A stretch of 63,930 nt of DNA, the filler included, from an uncultured bacterium (GTDB lineage: Bacteria; DAOPZR01): the NCBI GenBank assembly GCA_964637655.1. It is 9 parts of 9 records of this genome, joined end to end, with 100 filler letters (N's around TTAATTAATTAA, not from the genome) between each part and the next. Parts side by side here need not be neighbours in the genome. Positions count along the whole stretch, not along the records: positions 14,620 to 21,788 come from CAZWUZ010000200.1; positions 21,889 to 29,010 come from CAZWUZ010000201.1; positions 29,111 to 36,109 come from CAZWUZ010000203.1; 6 more parts are not named here. One strand, given 5' to 3'. The notes beneath the pieces are model-generated. The model ran no database searches and had not been told where the DNA came from. It saw nothing but the letters and a program-made list of their open reading frames with translations. Positions 21,476-31,099 of this stretch are shown here, one piece after another. The position numbers were made by a program, and so were the translations under genes. Every line of letters starts with the position of its first letter. Position 1 is the stretch's first letter.

Positions 21476-21496
21476 AAAGGCGGAGGCTGAACAATA

Positions 21497-21788
21497 ATGC
21501 ACGGCGGGAGCATCAATCCGAACGGGCTGATCGAACGGCTGATCGCGTTCTCGGCGCACAACCGGGTCTTTGTCATCGCCCTGACGCTGTTTGCCTGTCT
21601 GCTCGGCTGGCAGGCGCTGCAACTCATTCCGCTCGACGCCATCCCCGACATTTCGGACACGCAGGTCATCATTTACACGAAGTGGAACGGGCGTCCGCCC
21701 AACCTGGTCGAGGACCAGATCACCTATCCCGTGGTGACGGCGCTGATGTCGGCGCCCGGGGTGCGCACGGTGCGCGGCAGTTCCGATT
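21497..21788 (+). CDS. cusA: CusA/CzcA heavy-metal RND permease (3'-truncated)
   Basis: PLDAIPDISDTQVIIYT.W.GRPP.LVEDQITYP. Confidence 0.92.
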
Positions 21789-21888
21789 NNNNNNNNNNNN
21801 NNNNNNNNNNNNNNNNNNNNNNNNNNNNNNNNTTAATTAATTAANNNNNNNNNNNNNNNNNNNNNNNNNNNNNNNNNNNNNNNNNNNN

Positions 21889-23063
21889 AGGCACGATTTC
21901 CCGACAGTCGGGCAGCCGCCTGGCTGACGCTCGCGTTTATGGGCAATTACCTGTTTCTCTATCCGAACCTCGGGGATGTGACGGAATTCCCTTTCGCCCT
22001 GCCGCTGCACGCCGCGTTTCTCTGGCTGCTGGCCGTGCGACGGCAGATGCTGGCGATAGTAGTGTCGCTGCTCGCCCTGCTTGTGCACGAGCAACTGGTC
22101 GTGTTGTACGGCTGTTTCGCGCTGTTGCTGCTCACCGGTAGCGAGCGGCGCACGGGCTGGCTGTTGCTCGCGGTTCAGGTTGCAGCATACCTGCTGCTGC
22201 GCGGCAGCAACCGGATGCTGGGCATCGAGAATGCCTACCGACAGATGTTTGATTTCGCTTTGCTGAGTGACGGCGCAGCATGGCTGGCGACAGCGGGGAC
22301 GCTGGTGCTGCTCACGGCGCCATTCCTGTTCCTGCCGTGGCGCAACCGGAGCATGCTCGGAGTCGTCGGCATACTGCTGCTTTACCTGCTGTCAGGGCGC
22401 AGCGGACGCTATACGTTGTTCCACACGTCGTATGCCGCGTTTCTGCTCCCCCTGTTGCTCTACGGGTTTACCGAGGCGCTGTCACGCCTGCGCTGGCGCG
22501 ACGGAATGATTGCCTGCCTGCTACCGGTGACCTTGCTCATGATGTGGTACAAGGGCCCGCTGCCGCTTACCTATCGCTACCTGCATGAGCGTTCGCCGCA
22601 GAATCTCGCGACCTATACGGCATCGCCGCATGACCGGGAGCGTGCAGCAGCGGTAGCGGCATTGCGTACCCTGCCGGGAAGCGGCGAACTGACCGTGCTT
22701 GCCGGGCATGCACTGTTGCCGGCGCTGGTTGATGTGACCCCGCGCCTGTTTCCACTGTACGGAGCGGCGGAGGAGTTTGCTGCCGGGGCGGATGTCATCA
22801 TCTACGATGCCTGTGACCCGACACTGGCGTCGCTGTCGGCAGAAGATGCCGAGGCATTGCGCGGTTTGCTGGGGGCAACGGCGGCCCGACCTGGGTGGGA
22901 AACGCGACAGGCGGGAGAACAGCTGCTGGCACTGGTGCGCGGGTCGGGAACGGCAGGGAAACTGCCATGGTTGCGCGTTGACAACCCGCTGCCGCTCATA
23001 GATACTATGACCGATATGAACAGACAGGTACGGCACCTACGCCATGAGCCACGCTACCGCTGA
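21889..23063 (+). CDS. Polytopic membrane protein, DUF2079-like putative GT-C (5'-truncated)
   Basis: Multiple TM helices, LALLVHE, next to a GT2 gene. Confidence 0.55.
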
Positions 23064-24012
23064 CCGGCAACGTCCGGCGGCGCCCTTCGTCACGGTGATC
23101 GTGCCGGTATACAACGAAGAGGAATGCCTGCCGCGGCTGGTGGCGGAACTCGAGCGCGTGCTGCAGGGGTTTCGGCGCGAGTACCTGCTCGTGCATGGCG
23201 GCTGCACGGACGCGACGGCGGCAGTCATCGCGCGCCTGAAAGCGGAGGGGGCACCCGTCAGCAACCTGGAACTGTCGCGCCGCTGCGACCAGCAGGTGGC
23301 GATCAAGGCGGGCATCGATCACGCGCGGGGCGATGTCGCTGTCATCATGGATGCCGACCTGCAGCATCCGCCGGCGGAACTGCCGGGGATGCTGGACGCC
23401 TGGCGCGGGGGCATGGACGTGGTGGCGATGATCAAGCGCAACCATCCCGGGCGCCCGCTGTTCAGCCGCATGGCGGCGGCGCTTTTCTACCGCCTGTTCA
23501 ACCTGCTCAGCGACGTGCGCATCGAGCCGGAGGGCTCGGATTTCCGCCTGCTCGACCGTACTGCGATCGACGCGCTGCGCGCCCATCACGAAACGCAGCC
23601 GTTTATCCGCGGGCTCATCGGCCTGGTCGGTTTCCGCACGACGACGCTGTCGTACGATGTCGCGGTGCGCGCGGCGGGGGCATCGCATTACCCGCTGCGG
23701 CGGCTGTGGCGTCTCGCGCTCTACGGCATTTACGGGTTCAGCACCGCTCCGCTGCGACTTGCCATCTGGCTGGCAGTTTTGCTGTTGCTGGGGAGTTGCG
23801 GCTATACGCTGGTTAGTTATGTCACAGGGTACGGGCTTGGGAACCTGCTGCCCGGCGCCACGGACAAGATGGTGCTGGGCATGCTCATGGTGGCGCTCAA
23901 CTGCGTGGTGCTTGGTATTCTTGGTATTCACGGCATCTATCTCGCCCGCATTCTCGCCGAATCACGCCGCCGCCCGCTGTACAGCATCCGCATCTATGAC
24001 CCCTGCGCCTGA
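23044..24012 (+). CDS. GT2 polyprenol-phosphate glycosyltransferase (GtrB/ArnC-like)
   Basis: VPVYNEEE, MDADLQHPP, SDFRLLDR, two C-terminal TMs, RRPLY. Confidence 0.9.
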   Translation: MSHATADRQRPAAPFVTVIVPVYNEEECLPRLVAELERVLQGFRREYLLVHGGCTDATAAVIARLKAEGAPVSNLELSRRCDQQVAIKAGIDHARGDVAVIMDADLQHPPAELPGMLDAWRGGMDVVAMIKRNHPGRPLFSRMAAALFYRLFNLLSDVRIEPEGSDFRLLDRTAIDALRAHHETQPFIRGLIGLVGFRTTTLSYDVAVRAAGASHYPLRRLWRLALYGIYGFSTAPLRLAIWLAVLLLLGSCGYTLVSYVTGYGLGNLLPGATDKMVLGMLMVALNCVVLGILGIHGIYLARILAESRRRPLYSIRIYDPCA

Positions 24013-24811
24013 TGCCTGCCGGGTGTGCGGCGGTGTCACCGCTCCGTGGCGGCGCGTGCGCAACTGCGACGTAGCATACTGCGCTGCCTGTGATTATTAT
24101 TTCGTGCCAGCTCCCCCGCCCTTTGCCTACGAGTGCGAATATTATCAGGCCCCGGCCGGCAGCAGCGAGGAAAAACTCGGCTATGCTGACTACGCGGCGG
24201 AGGAGGAGAACGGGCGGGCACAGGCGCGCCTGCGCCTGGATTCGCTGCCGAATGCCGACGGTATGTTGCTCGATGTCGGGTGTGCGTACGGATTTTTTGC
24301 GGCCGAGGCGCGTGCGGCCGGGCGTACGGTCGCCGGCATGGAGTATTCGCGCTGGGGGTGCGGTGAAGCCGCACGACGCGGAGTGGCGGTGGCTCGTGCC
24401 GACGGCGGGCGGCTGCCGCTGCAGAACGCCTGCTGCGCGCAGGTGACGGCATGGGACGTGTATGAACATGTGCCTGACCCGGGCGCGCTGGCGCAGGAAT
24501 GCGCGCGGGTGCTGCGCCCCGGCGGCATGCTGGTGCTTACTACCGGGATTGTCGATTCGCTGGTGTTCCGCCTGCAGGGATCGCGCTGGCACCTGCTCAA
24601 GCCGCCGGAACACCTGTCATTTTTCTCACGGAAAGCGCTGCGCCGCCTGCTGGAACCGGCGGGTTTTATCGTACAGGAGATGCGCACGGAACCGCAACGG
24701 GTGAACCTGTCCTATGTGGCGTGGCGCCTGCGCCTGCCGCTCCGCATGCCGGGGGCGGCGACCATCAACCTGCACGACATCATTCGCGTCACTGCCCGTC
24801 GCGGCGACTGA
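23996..24811 (+). CDS. Class I SAM methyltransferase with N-terminal CxxC-CxxC
   Basis: CRVC, CAAC, LLDVGCAYGFF, WDVYEHVPDP, PPEHLSFFS. Confidence 0.88.
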   Translation: MTPAPDACRVCGGVTAPWRRVRNCDVAYCAACDYYFVPAPPPFAYECEYYQAPAGSSEEKLGYADYAAEEENGRAQARLRLDSLPNADGMLLDVGCAYGFFAAEARAAGRTVAGMEYSRWGCGEAARRGVAVARADGGRLPLQNACCAQVTAWDVYEHVPDPGALAQECARVLRPGGMLVLTTGIVDSLVFRLQGSRWHLLKPPEHLSFFSRKALRRLLEPAGFIVQEMRTEPQRVNLSYVAWRLRLPLRMPGAATINLHDIIRVTARRGD

Positions 24812-25901
24812 ACCGCAGGCGTAGCGCCTGCTCACGCAGCTGCTCTGCCATGGCGCGGTTGCCCGCGTCGTTGAGATGACAAACATCGAGAAAACGCGTC
24901 TGCCCCTCATTGGCAAAGACAGTGGTCAGGTCGACGATGCTGTCGCGCGGGGCGCTCCGTTGTACGGCCACATAGTAAGCGGCCAATGCTTCGTGGGACA
25001 GTAGCATGGCACGGGGGATGGCCTGCTCTTCGGCAGTCAACACCGGCTTATGGATAAGCACGGGTTGCAGCACGCTGAGCAGGGGGAGATTCTGTCCGCG
25101 ACTATAGGCGAGGCGCTGCTGCACCTGTGCGAGGTAGAGCGCGGCGGCTTCGTCCGGTGACGGGCGCAGCGGCTCGACGGCGCTGCGGTTGCGGTTGAGC
25201 AGGCGATCGAGCAGGCGCGTGGTGGCGCAGAGATTTGCCACGTTGAGCAAACGCGGGGTGCCATCAGTGAGCGGCGGCACGCCGCGCTGCAACTGCAGGG
25301 CATAGCGCTGGAAGTTCTGCGGCGCGTGTGTTGCACTCCAGGCATCGGCATAGCCGCCCCAGTCGAGGGCATAGGCGGCATCGTTGAACCCGTCGTAGAA
25401 GATGACCAGGTCGGGTTGGTACCGGTACAAAGAAGAAGTGTAATAGGCAAATTCCTGGTAAGCGGTGTAGCCGCCGACCCCGGCATTGATGACTTCACAC
25501 TTTTCTGTGGCGCGGGTGTCGCTGTTGAGCAGCAGTTCAAGCTGTGCGGGGATGGTCGCCTCGTTGCAGGAGGCGCGGCTGCCGGCCACGGTACTCCCGC
25601 CGAGCATGATGATGCGGAAGACGTTTGCGGGCTTGCCGACTGATATGGCGGAGGCGGTATCGCTGCGGTTGCTGATAAATCCGTCGGGTCCGATGCGCAG
25701 TTTCCCTTCGTACAACGAATCAGGAATGAAACGGTAGGCGAGGAAGGGGTCGAACTGGTAGCAGGAATCACCCTCGATGCCGCTGACAGTCGTGGCGGGC
25801 GGCCAGAGGGTGCTGACGGCGCGCGCACCGAGTTCGATGACGGACAGCGCCATGATGACGGCAACGATGGAGAAGAAGAGACGCTTCGTTCGCTGGTCCA
25901 T
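24789..25901 (-). CDS. SGNH/GDSL hydrolase-family protein, membrane anchored
   Basis: LGGSTVAG, EVINAGVGG, YDGFND, DVCH.ND.GN. Confidence 0.85.
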   Translation of the reverse strand: MDQRTKRLFFSIVAVIMALSVIELGARAVSTLWPPATTVSGIEGDSCYQFDPFLAYRFIPDSLYEGKLRIGPDGFISNRSDTASAISVGKPANVFRIIMLGGSTVAGSRASCNEATIPAQLELLLNSDTRATEKCEVINAGVGGYTAYQEFAYYTSSLYRYQPDLVIFYDGFNDAAYALDWGGYADAWSATHAPQNFQRYALQLQRGVPPLTDGTPRLLNVANLCATTRLLDRLLNRNRSAVEPLRPSPDEAAALYLAQVQQRLAYSRGQNLPLLSVLQPVLIHKPVLTAEEQAIPRAMLLSHEALAAYYVAVQRSAPRDSIVDLTTVFANEGQTRFLDVCHLNDAGNRAMAEQLREQALRLRFSRRDGQ

Positions 25902-25916
25902 GTTCTTTCTTGTGCC

Positions 25917-26061
25917 GTCACTCCCGAATTATGTAATCGGGAGTCCACTGATTCTGGATCCCCGATAGAACAATTCGGGGATGACTACTGAATTTGTCGT
26001 CTCTCCCGAGTTGTGTCATCGGGAGTCCACTGACTGATAAAACCTGGATCCCCAATAGAAC
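25917..26061. repeat. Alternating-orientation REP-like hairpins (three complete, one half)
   Basis: 25917-25947, 25954-25985, 25999-26029; half element CTGGATCCCCAATAGAAC 26044-26061. Confidence 0.8.
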
Positions 26062-26118
26062 GAATAACGCTCAGCGGGTGCTGTTGTTTTACGCGCACGC
26101 TGCCACGCGAAGTTAGCC
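26055..26118 (-). mobile_element. Putative integron attC site (degenerate)
   Basis: On the gene strand, just after the stop: GGCTAAC-TTCGC-GTGGCAGCG...CGCTGAGC-GTTATTC-GTT, 64 bp; inverse core is the exact complement of GTTAGCC at the cassette start (26887-26893). Confidence 0.55.
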
Positions 26119-26132
26119 GCCGTGGATTCTGA

Positions 26133-26327
26133 TCAGCCAGTTGCTGTTGAATTATGGACAGACGTTTGGGGAACGGAGATTTTCCGGCCCGGCAAGCTGA
26201 CAACTGCATGGCCGGACTTTTTTTCGATGTGTTGCAGATCGTCGCAGATTTTTGTCAGATCACCACCACATTTGACCGTATGTTCCATACGATGTTTGCG
26301 GACTTCTTCAACAATCGGGTCTTTCAT
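26133..26327 (-). CDS. Small protein coupled to the PIN gene, putative antitoxin
   Basis: MKDPIVEEVRKHR; ATGA overlap with the PIN gene; GGAGG RBS. Confidence 0.7.
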   Translation of the reverse strand: MKDPIVEEVRKHRMEHTVKCGGDLTKICDDLQHIEKKSGHAVVSLPGRKISVPQTSVHNSTATG

Positions 26328-26824
26328 TGGTTGGCCTCCAATAATTCTCCAGGCGAACAAATTTCGGGACAAACATATCCTGCATTTTCGACACAGCGCC
26401 GCAACAACGCACTGGTAAACGGATTATGGAGGTGTGCGTAATTCCAAGTCAGTAAAATATCAATGCCGTGGCGTGCCGCAACGGCAACGTGCAGCGCATC
26501 CTCCGGATATTCATTGGGGACACCACCACCGACAATAATTGCCCGCGCCAATATTTTTGCGTCATCGTCAATCGCTAACAACTTAAAGTCGACCATGGCT
26601 GCCAGTCGTTTGCCGGCTTGTTCGACGTCGCCCTTTCCCGCCTCGTCCAATACCAAGGCGGAAATATATGATTCAAATTCGTTGGCTAATTTCGGCCAGA
26701 GTTCTCGCGTTTCTTCCTGGTGGCCTGCAATGATTAAGTCCCGATGCGGTCTCGCGGTGAAATAACTAACCACGGTGGTTTCGATATATACTTTTCGTTT
26801 TAATATGTCGACCATATCAGTCAC
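26324..26824 (-). CDS. PIN-domain (VapC-like) toxin
   Basis: KVYIETTVVSY, SALVLDEAGKGD, EDALHVAVA, LLTWNYAHL; AT-richer than flanks; start may be 26815. Confidence 0.85.
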   Translation of the reverse strand: MTDMVDILKRKVYIETTVVSYFTARPHRDLIIAGHQEETRELWPKLANEFESYISALVLDEAGKGDVEQAGKRLAAMVDFKLLAIDDDAKILARAIIVGGGVPNEYPEDALHVAVAARHGIDILLTWNYAHLHNPFTSALLRRCVENAGYVCPEICSPGELLEANQ

Positions 26825-26832
26825 CTACTATG

Positions 26833-26861
26833 ATTGTACCGTCTTATTAGCTCACTGTCAA
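26833..26861 (-). promoter_or_regulatory. sigma-70 promoter internal to the TA cassette
   Basis: TTGACA-17nt-TACAAT on the minus strand. Confidence 0.75.
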
Positions 26862-26918
26862 GAAGTTATCGGGTTCATCGCAGCATGGCTAACAACTCAA
26901 CGGACTGTATGCGAGCTG

Positions 26919-27143
26919 TCAGGCGGCATAGCGGAGAATCTCGACTTCCGCCCCCTTGCGCACGGCTTCTTCAGCCCGGGCAAGCACTTCCCGGGTGATG
27001 GCTTCAGACAGGAAATACTCGCCGCAATTGTCGCACACCTCAGCCGGCACATCCTTGATAACCACCGTTGTTGAACCGCGCTGCAGGGTGACAGTGACCG
27101 TACCTGCGGCGGTTTCACCGGTGCGGCAAATTGAACAGAGCAT
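26919..27143 (-). CDS. YgiT-type zinc finger (MqsA-like antitoxin domain)
   Basis: CSIC..GET..GTVTVTL.RG...VVIKDVPAEVCDNCGEY. Confidence 0.88.
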   Translation of the reverse strand: MLCSICRTGETAAGTVTVTLQRGSTTVVIKDVPAEVCDNCGEYFLSEAITREVLARAEEAVRKGAEVEILRYAA

Positions 27144-27385
27144 GGGGAAATCACTGCCGGTCATACACAGAGTCCTCAGGGGCATACTGCGCGAGCATTG
27201 CCGCTGTGGCTGCCTGCTGCCACACCGTTACTTCATCGTCATCCGGGATGGCAATGTCACCCAAGGTACTCCTCCAGGGAAGACCAGATAGACTGCAGTT
27301 TGATATCCATTTGGTGCCTACTGATAACCCTGTCCACGCGCTGTCCTGGCGCGACTCCTGCGGCTCCTTGCAGGAGAATTGAAGC

Positions 27386-27540
27386 CACCTGCCGCTGCGC
27401 GGCTTCCTCTCCCGCAGCAGCGGGAGAGGGGCAACATGTGAAGAACGACTGCAACTGCTGGATCCCCGATAGAATAATTCGGGGATGACGACAAAGTATG
27501 ACGAAATGAAAAAGCCCTCTCCCCGGTGAAGGGGAGAGGG
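27386..27540. repeat. REP-like cluster at the other edge of the TA islet; last hairpin may terminate the xdh gene
   Basis: 27386-27431, 27458-27489, 27515-27540 (hairpin followed by a T tract on the minus strand). Confidence 0.75.
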
Positions 27541-27550
27541 AGGCAGATGG

Positions 27551-29010
27551 CTACAGTTTGCAGACGCGGCGGGGATCGACTTTCGGCGGCTGCGGGCGCG
27601 GGCCCTTCTTATTGAGTGCGCGCCAGACATCTTCCTGCCCGATGGGCATGTGCGTCAAATCGGCCCCGACGGCGTTCTGGATGGCGTTGCCGACGCCGGA
27701 GCAGACGGCAATCATCGAGTGCTCGCCGCAACCGCGGGCGCCGAACGGGCCGTCCAGCTGCGGGGTCTCGACGGCGATACCGACCATTTCCGGCAGGTCC
27801 ATCATGGTGAGGATCTTGTTGTCGGTGAAGGACGGGTTGAGCAGCACCCCGTCGGCGGAGTAGATGTACCCCTCGCAGAGCGCGGTACCGAGCCCCTGGA
27901 TGGCGCCGCCGATGATCTGTCCGCGCAGCGTCTTGGGGTTGATCGACTTGCCGATGTCGAAGGCCGAGGCGATCTTGATGACGTTGAACGCCCCCGTCTT
28001 CGGACAGGCCTCGAGGATGATGCCGTGCGCCCCGTAGGTCCAGTCGAGCGCCGGGCTCCCCTGCCCCGTCTCCTTGTTGAGGTATGACAGTCCCTGCGCG
28101 ACGTAGCGCCCGACTCCGATGATCGGCTCGCCGATGCCGTTGCCGTCAGGGAAGGAGTAGCCGATGGCGATCTCGGAGAACTTCACCGATTTTTCCCGGT
28201 GATGCTTGACGAAGATGCATTCGCCATCATGGTCGAGATCGACGTCAGTGGCGCGCAGAATCTGTCCGGCCACCGCGTAGGCGCGCTTGAGCAGGTCCCG
28301 GGCCGCGAGGATGGCGGCGTTCCCCGACATGATCAGCCCCTTGGAGGCGACGGTCTGCCAGTCGTACGGTTCCTTCTCGGTGTCGGTGTCGATGGAGACC
28401 TTGACCTTGTCGATGGGGAAGCGCAGCACCTCGGCGATGATCTGCGCGATGGCGGTGTAGGCGCCCTGCCCGATTTCGGAGAGGGCAAGATTGGCGATGA
28501 CCGAACCGTTCTCGTTCATCTTGAGGATGACCGCGGTGGCGGTGAAGGGGGGCATGGCCGGCGCCTTGTGCAGCCCGACGACGGCTTTGCCGATCTTCAT
28601 CCCGGTCTTTTTCTGCCGCGCCTTCTCCGCGTCGGTCAGCTTCCCGTATTTGATTTCTTTGGCCACCGCGTCGAGACAGCGGGTGACGTTGCCGGTGTTC
28701 TTCGTGATCTTCTCGCCGGTGAGCGTGATGCCGCCCGGCTTGAGCGCATTGACCCGGCGGAAATCGAGCGGGTCCATCTTCAGCTTGCGCGCGCACATAT
28801 CATAGTGGCGCTCGATGCCCCAGGAGAACTCAACGTGGCCGAAACCGCGGTAGGCGGTGCCGAACGGCTTGTTGGTGTAGATGGTGTAGGCGTCGAGCCA
28901 GGCATTGGGTATCTCGTACGGACCGGCGGCGGAATAGCCCGACGCGCGGGTGACATTGACCGCGTAATCGGCATAGGCGCCGCTGTCCCAGTACATCGTC
29001 ATCTGCTGCG
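27551..29010 (-). CDS. Xanthine dehydrogenase-family molybdopterin-binding subunit (5'-truncated)
   Basis: GPYEIPN, AYRGFG, EIGQG, GQIIGGAIQGLG, GPFGARGCGE. Confidence 0.93.
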
Positions 29011-29148
29011 NNNNNNNNNNNNNNNNNNNNNNNNNNNNNNNNNNNNNNNNNNNNTTAATTAATTAANNNNNNNNNNNNNNNNNNNNNNNNNNNNNNNNNN
29101 NNNNNNNNNNGGTCCAACGCACCAGCGGCCGGTTCCCGCAGTCCCGGC

Positions 29149-31017
29149 ATGCCCGGCGGTAAGCGGCCGCACGCAACCGCGCCCCCGTCGCTCTCCCCCT
29201 ACAACATCTGCCGCCTGCTCGCCGCGCACGGCGGCAACCGCACGCTGGCGGCGCACACCCTGGGGATCACACCGCTGCGGCTCAACCGCATCCTCGCCGC
29301 GCATCCCGACGAGTACCGCCTGCTCATTTTCCTCTTCAGTCCGGGCATCCGCGCCGCCTACGCCTGGTTCCGCCGCGAGCCCCTCTTCGCGCGGCAGCAG
29401 GCGCGCAAATACTACGACATCCACCGCGAGCGCATCCGCGCCTTCAAGCAGGAATTGCGCCGCCAGCCGGTGGGCGACCACTTCGCCCTCTACCGGAAAC
29501 TGTTCCAGCCCGCGGCGCCGCCGCACCGTACGCTGGCCCTCGCCATCGATGATCCCGACCACCACAGCTTGTATTCCGTCGTGCTGACGCTGCATCTGTG
29601 CGCCTACCGCCCGTCGCGGGCGGCGCAACGGCTCGGGCTGAGCCGCTATCGCCTGGCACAGGCGCTGCGCGCCAAACTTGACGAGACGCTCGCCCTGCTG
29701 CTGCTTTTCAACCGCAGTCCGCGCGCCGCGCTGGCATCAGCGAAGCGCCTGCACTTGCCAGTGTCCCACTGGCGGGAATTCATCGCCACGCAAAAGCCGC
29801 TGCTCGCCGCCTACCGCGCGCAGCTGCGCGCACAACCGGGCGACCCGTACGCCGCCTACCAGGTGGTCTACAAGGGCCATGTCCCGGGACAGGCGGGCTT
29901 CGACGAGGCGGTACTCAAGCGCATGCTGCGCGTCTGGCGGCGGGAGAGCGCCCGCGACCGCGGTACTCAGCCGCTGCTCTTTTCGCTCCCCGACGCGTTC
30001 CTGCACCCGCACCTGCTGGACAAGGTGCGCGCGTCCTCGTTCCACTACTGGCACGACGCCATGCAGGCCTTTATCGCGCGTGAAAAGCTGCCGTTTACCT
30101 ATGATGATCTCAACCGCCGCGAAGAGGAACGCCTGCGCGGAATGCTGGCACAGCAGACGCTGCGCCAGCTGCGTGAAGAGCATACCCGCCATGCCGCGCA
30201 GGCCCGGCGTGAGCCGGCGACGCCGGAACTGCCGCCCGCCGGAGATGCTGCTGTCATCCCGGATGATGACCGTCATACCCTTGTCCGCAGGGCGCAGTCA
30301 GGCGACCGCGCCGCGGAGCAGGAACTGCTGCGCCGCCACCAGCGGCTGATTTCTTCACTGGCCCAGCCCTTATGCGGACGCGGGCTTGATCTCGACGACC
30401 TGAGCAGCGAGGGGGCGCTTGGCCTGCTGCACGCGCTGCGCCGCTTCGACCCGTCACGCCCGGTGCGTTTCAGCACCTACGCGACGTGGTGGATACGCAA
30501 GTACCTGCACGAGGCCCTGGCCCGCCATCTGGGGCTTTCCACCTACCACTACGAACAGCTGCTGAAGGTCCAGCATGCGCAGCGCGACTGGCTGCGCCGC
30601 CGCAGCGAGACACCCGACGCCGCGCTGCTCGCGCAACTCACCGGCATCAACCGCGACGAGGTCGAGGCACTGCTGCTGCGCGGCGGCGGGCTGCTCTCGC
30701 TCGACGCCGGGCTCGACGGCAGCGAGGGACTGACGCTCGGGGAGACGCTGACCGCGGACGCGGTAACCGACAAGCTGATGCTCGACGAGGAGACGACACA
30801 CACGCTCAACGGCATCCTGCGCGAACACCTCGCGCTGCGCGAGGAGGCGGTGATCCGCTACCGCATGGGGTTTGGGCCGGGCTTCATCGCCCTGCCGCTC
30901 GAGGAAGTCGGGAAACTGCTGCGCGTGTCACGCACCGCCATCCAGATGATCGAACGCAGCGCGCGACTCAAACTCAACGCCCCGGCGCTGCGCCCCTTTC
31001 TGCAGGACCTGCTCTGA
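29149..31017 (+). CDS. Sigma-70-family RNA polymerase sigma factor with long N-terminal extension (frame open to contig edge)
   Basis: Region 2 DL..EG.LGL..A..RFDP....FSTYATWWIR, region 3, region 4 REEAVIRYRMG...LEEVG. Confidence 0.85.
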   Translation: MPGGKRPHATAPPSLSPYNICRLLAAHGGNRTLAAHTLGITPLRLNRILAAHPDEYRLLIFLFSPGIRAAYAWFRREPLFARQQARKYYDIHRERIRAFKQELRRQPVGDHFALYRKLFQPAAPPHRTLALAIDDPDHHSLYSVVLTLHLCAYRPSRAAQRLGLSRYRLAQALRAKLDETLALLLLFNRSPRAALASAKRLHLPVSHWREFIATQKPLLAAYRAQLRAQPGDPYAAYQVVYKGHVPGQAGFDEAVLKRMLRVWRRESARDRGTQPLLFSLPDAFLHPHLLDKVRASSFHYWHDAMQAFIAREKLPFTYDDLNRREEERLRGMLAQQTLRQLREEHTRHAAQARREPATPELPPAGDAAVIPDDDRHTLVRRAQSGDRAAEQELLRRHQRLISSLAQPLCGRGLDLDDLSSEGALGLLHALRRFDPSRPVRFSTYATWWIRKYLHEALARHLGLSTYHYEQLLKVQHAQRDWLRRRSETPDAALLAQLTGINRDEVEALLLRGGGLLSLDAGLDGSEGLTLGETLTADAVTDKLMLDEETTHTLNGILREHLALREEAVIRYRMGFGPGFIALPLEEVGKLLRVSRTAIQMIERSARLKLNAPALRPFLQDLL

Positions 31018-31067
31018 ACAGCAGTTGTTGTTTTCTCCCACCTGCCCCCTTCTTTTTCGTCCCCGCT

Positions 31068-31099
31068 TACCATGGAAAATGGGGACTGTCCCCATTTAT
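31068..31099. repeat. REP-like palindrome GGGGACTGTCCCC overlapping the folC stop
   Basis: 32-bp reverse complement of 14909-14940. Confidence 0.85.

Noticed and set aside
26894-26925. Second attC after the YgiT gene (GCCTGAC...GTT)
   Set aside because: Only ~39 nt, lacks AAC and paired L boxes; at most a remnant
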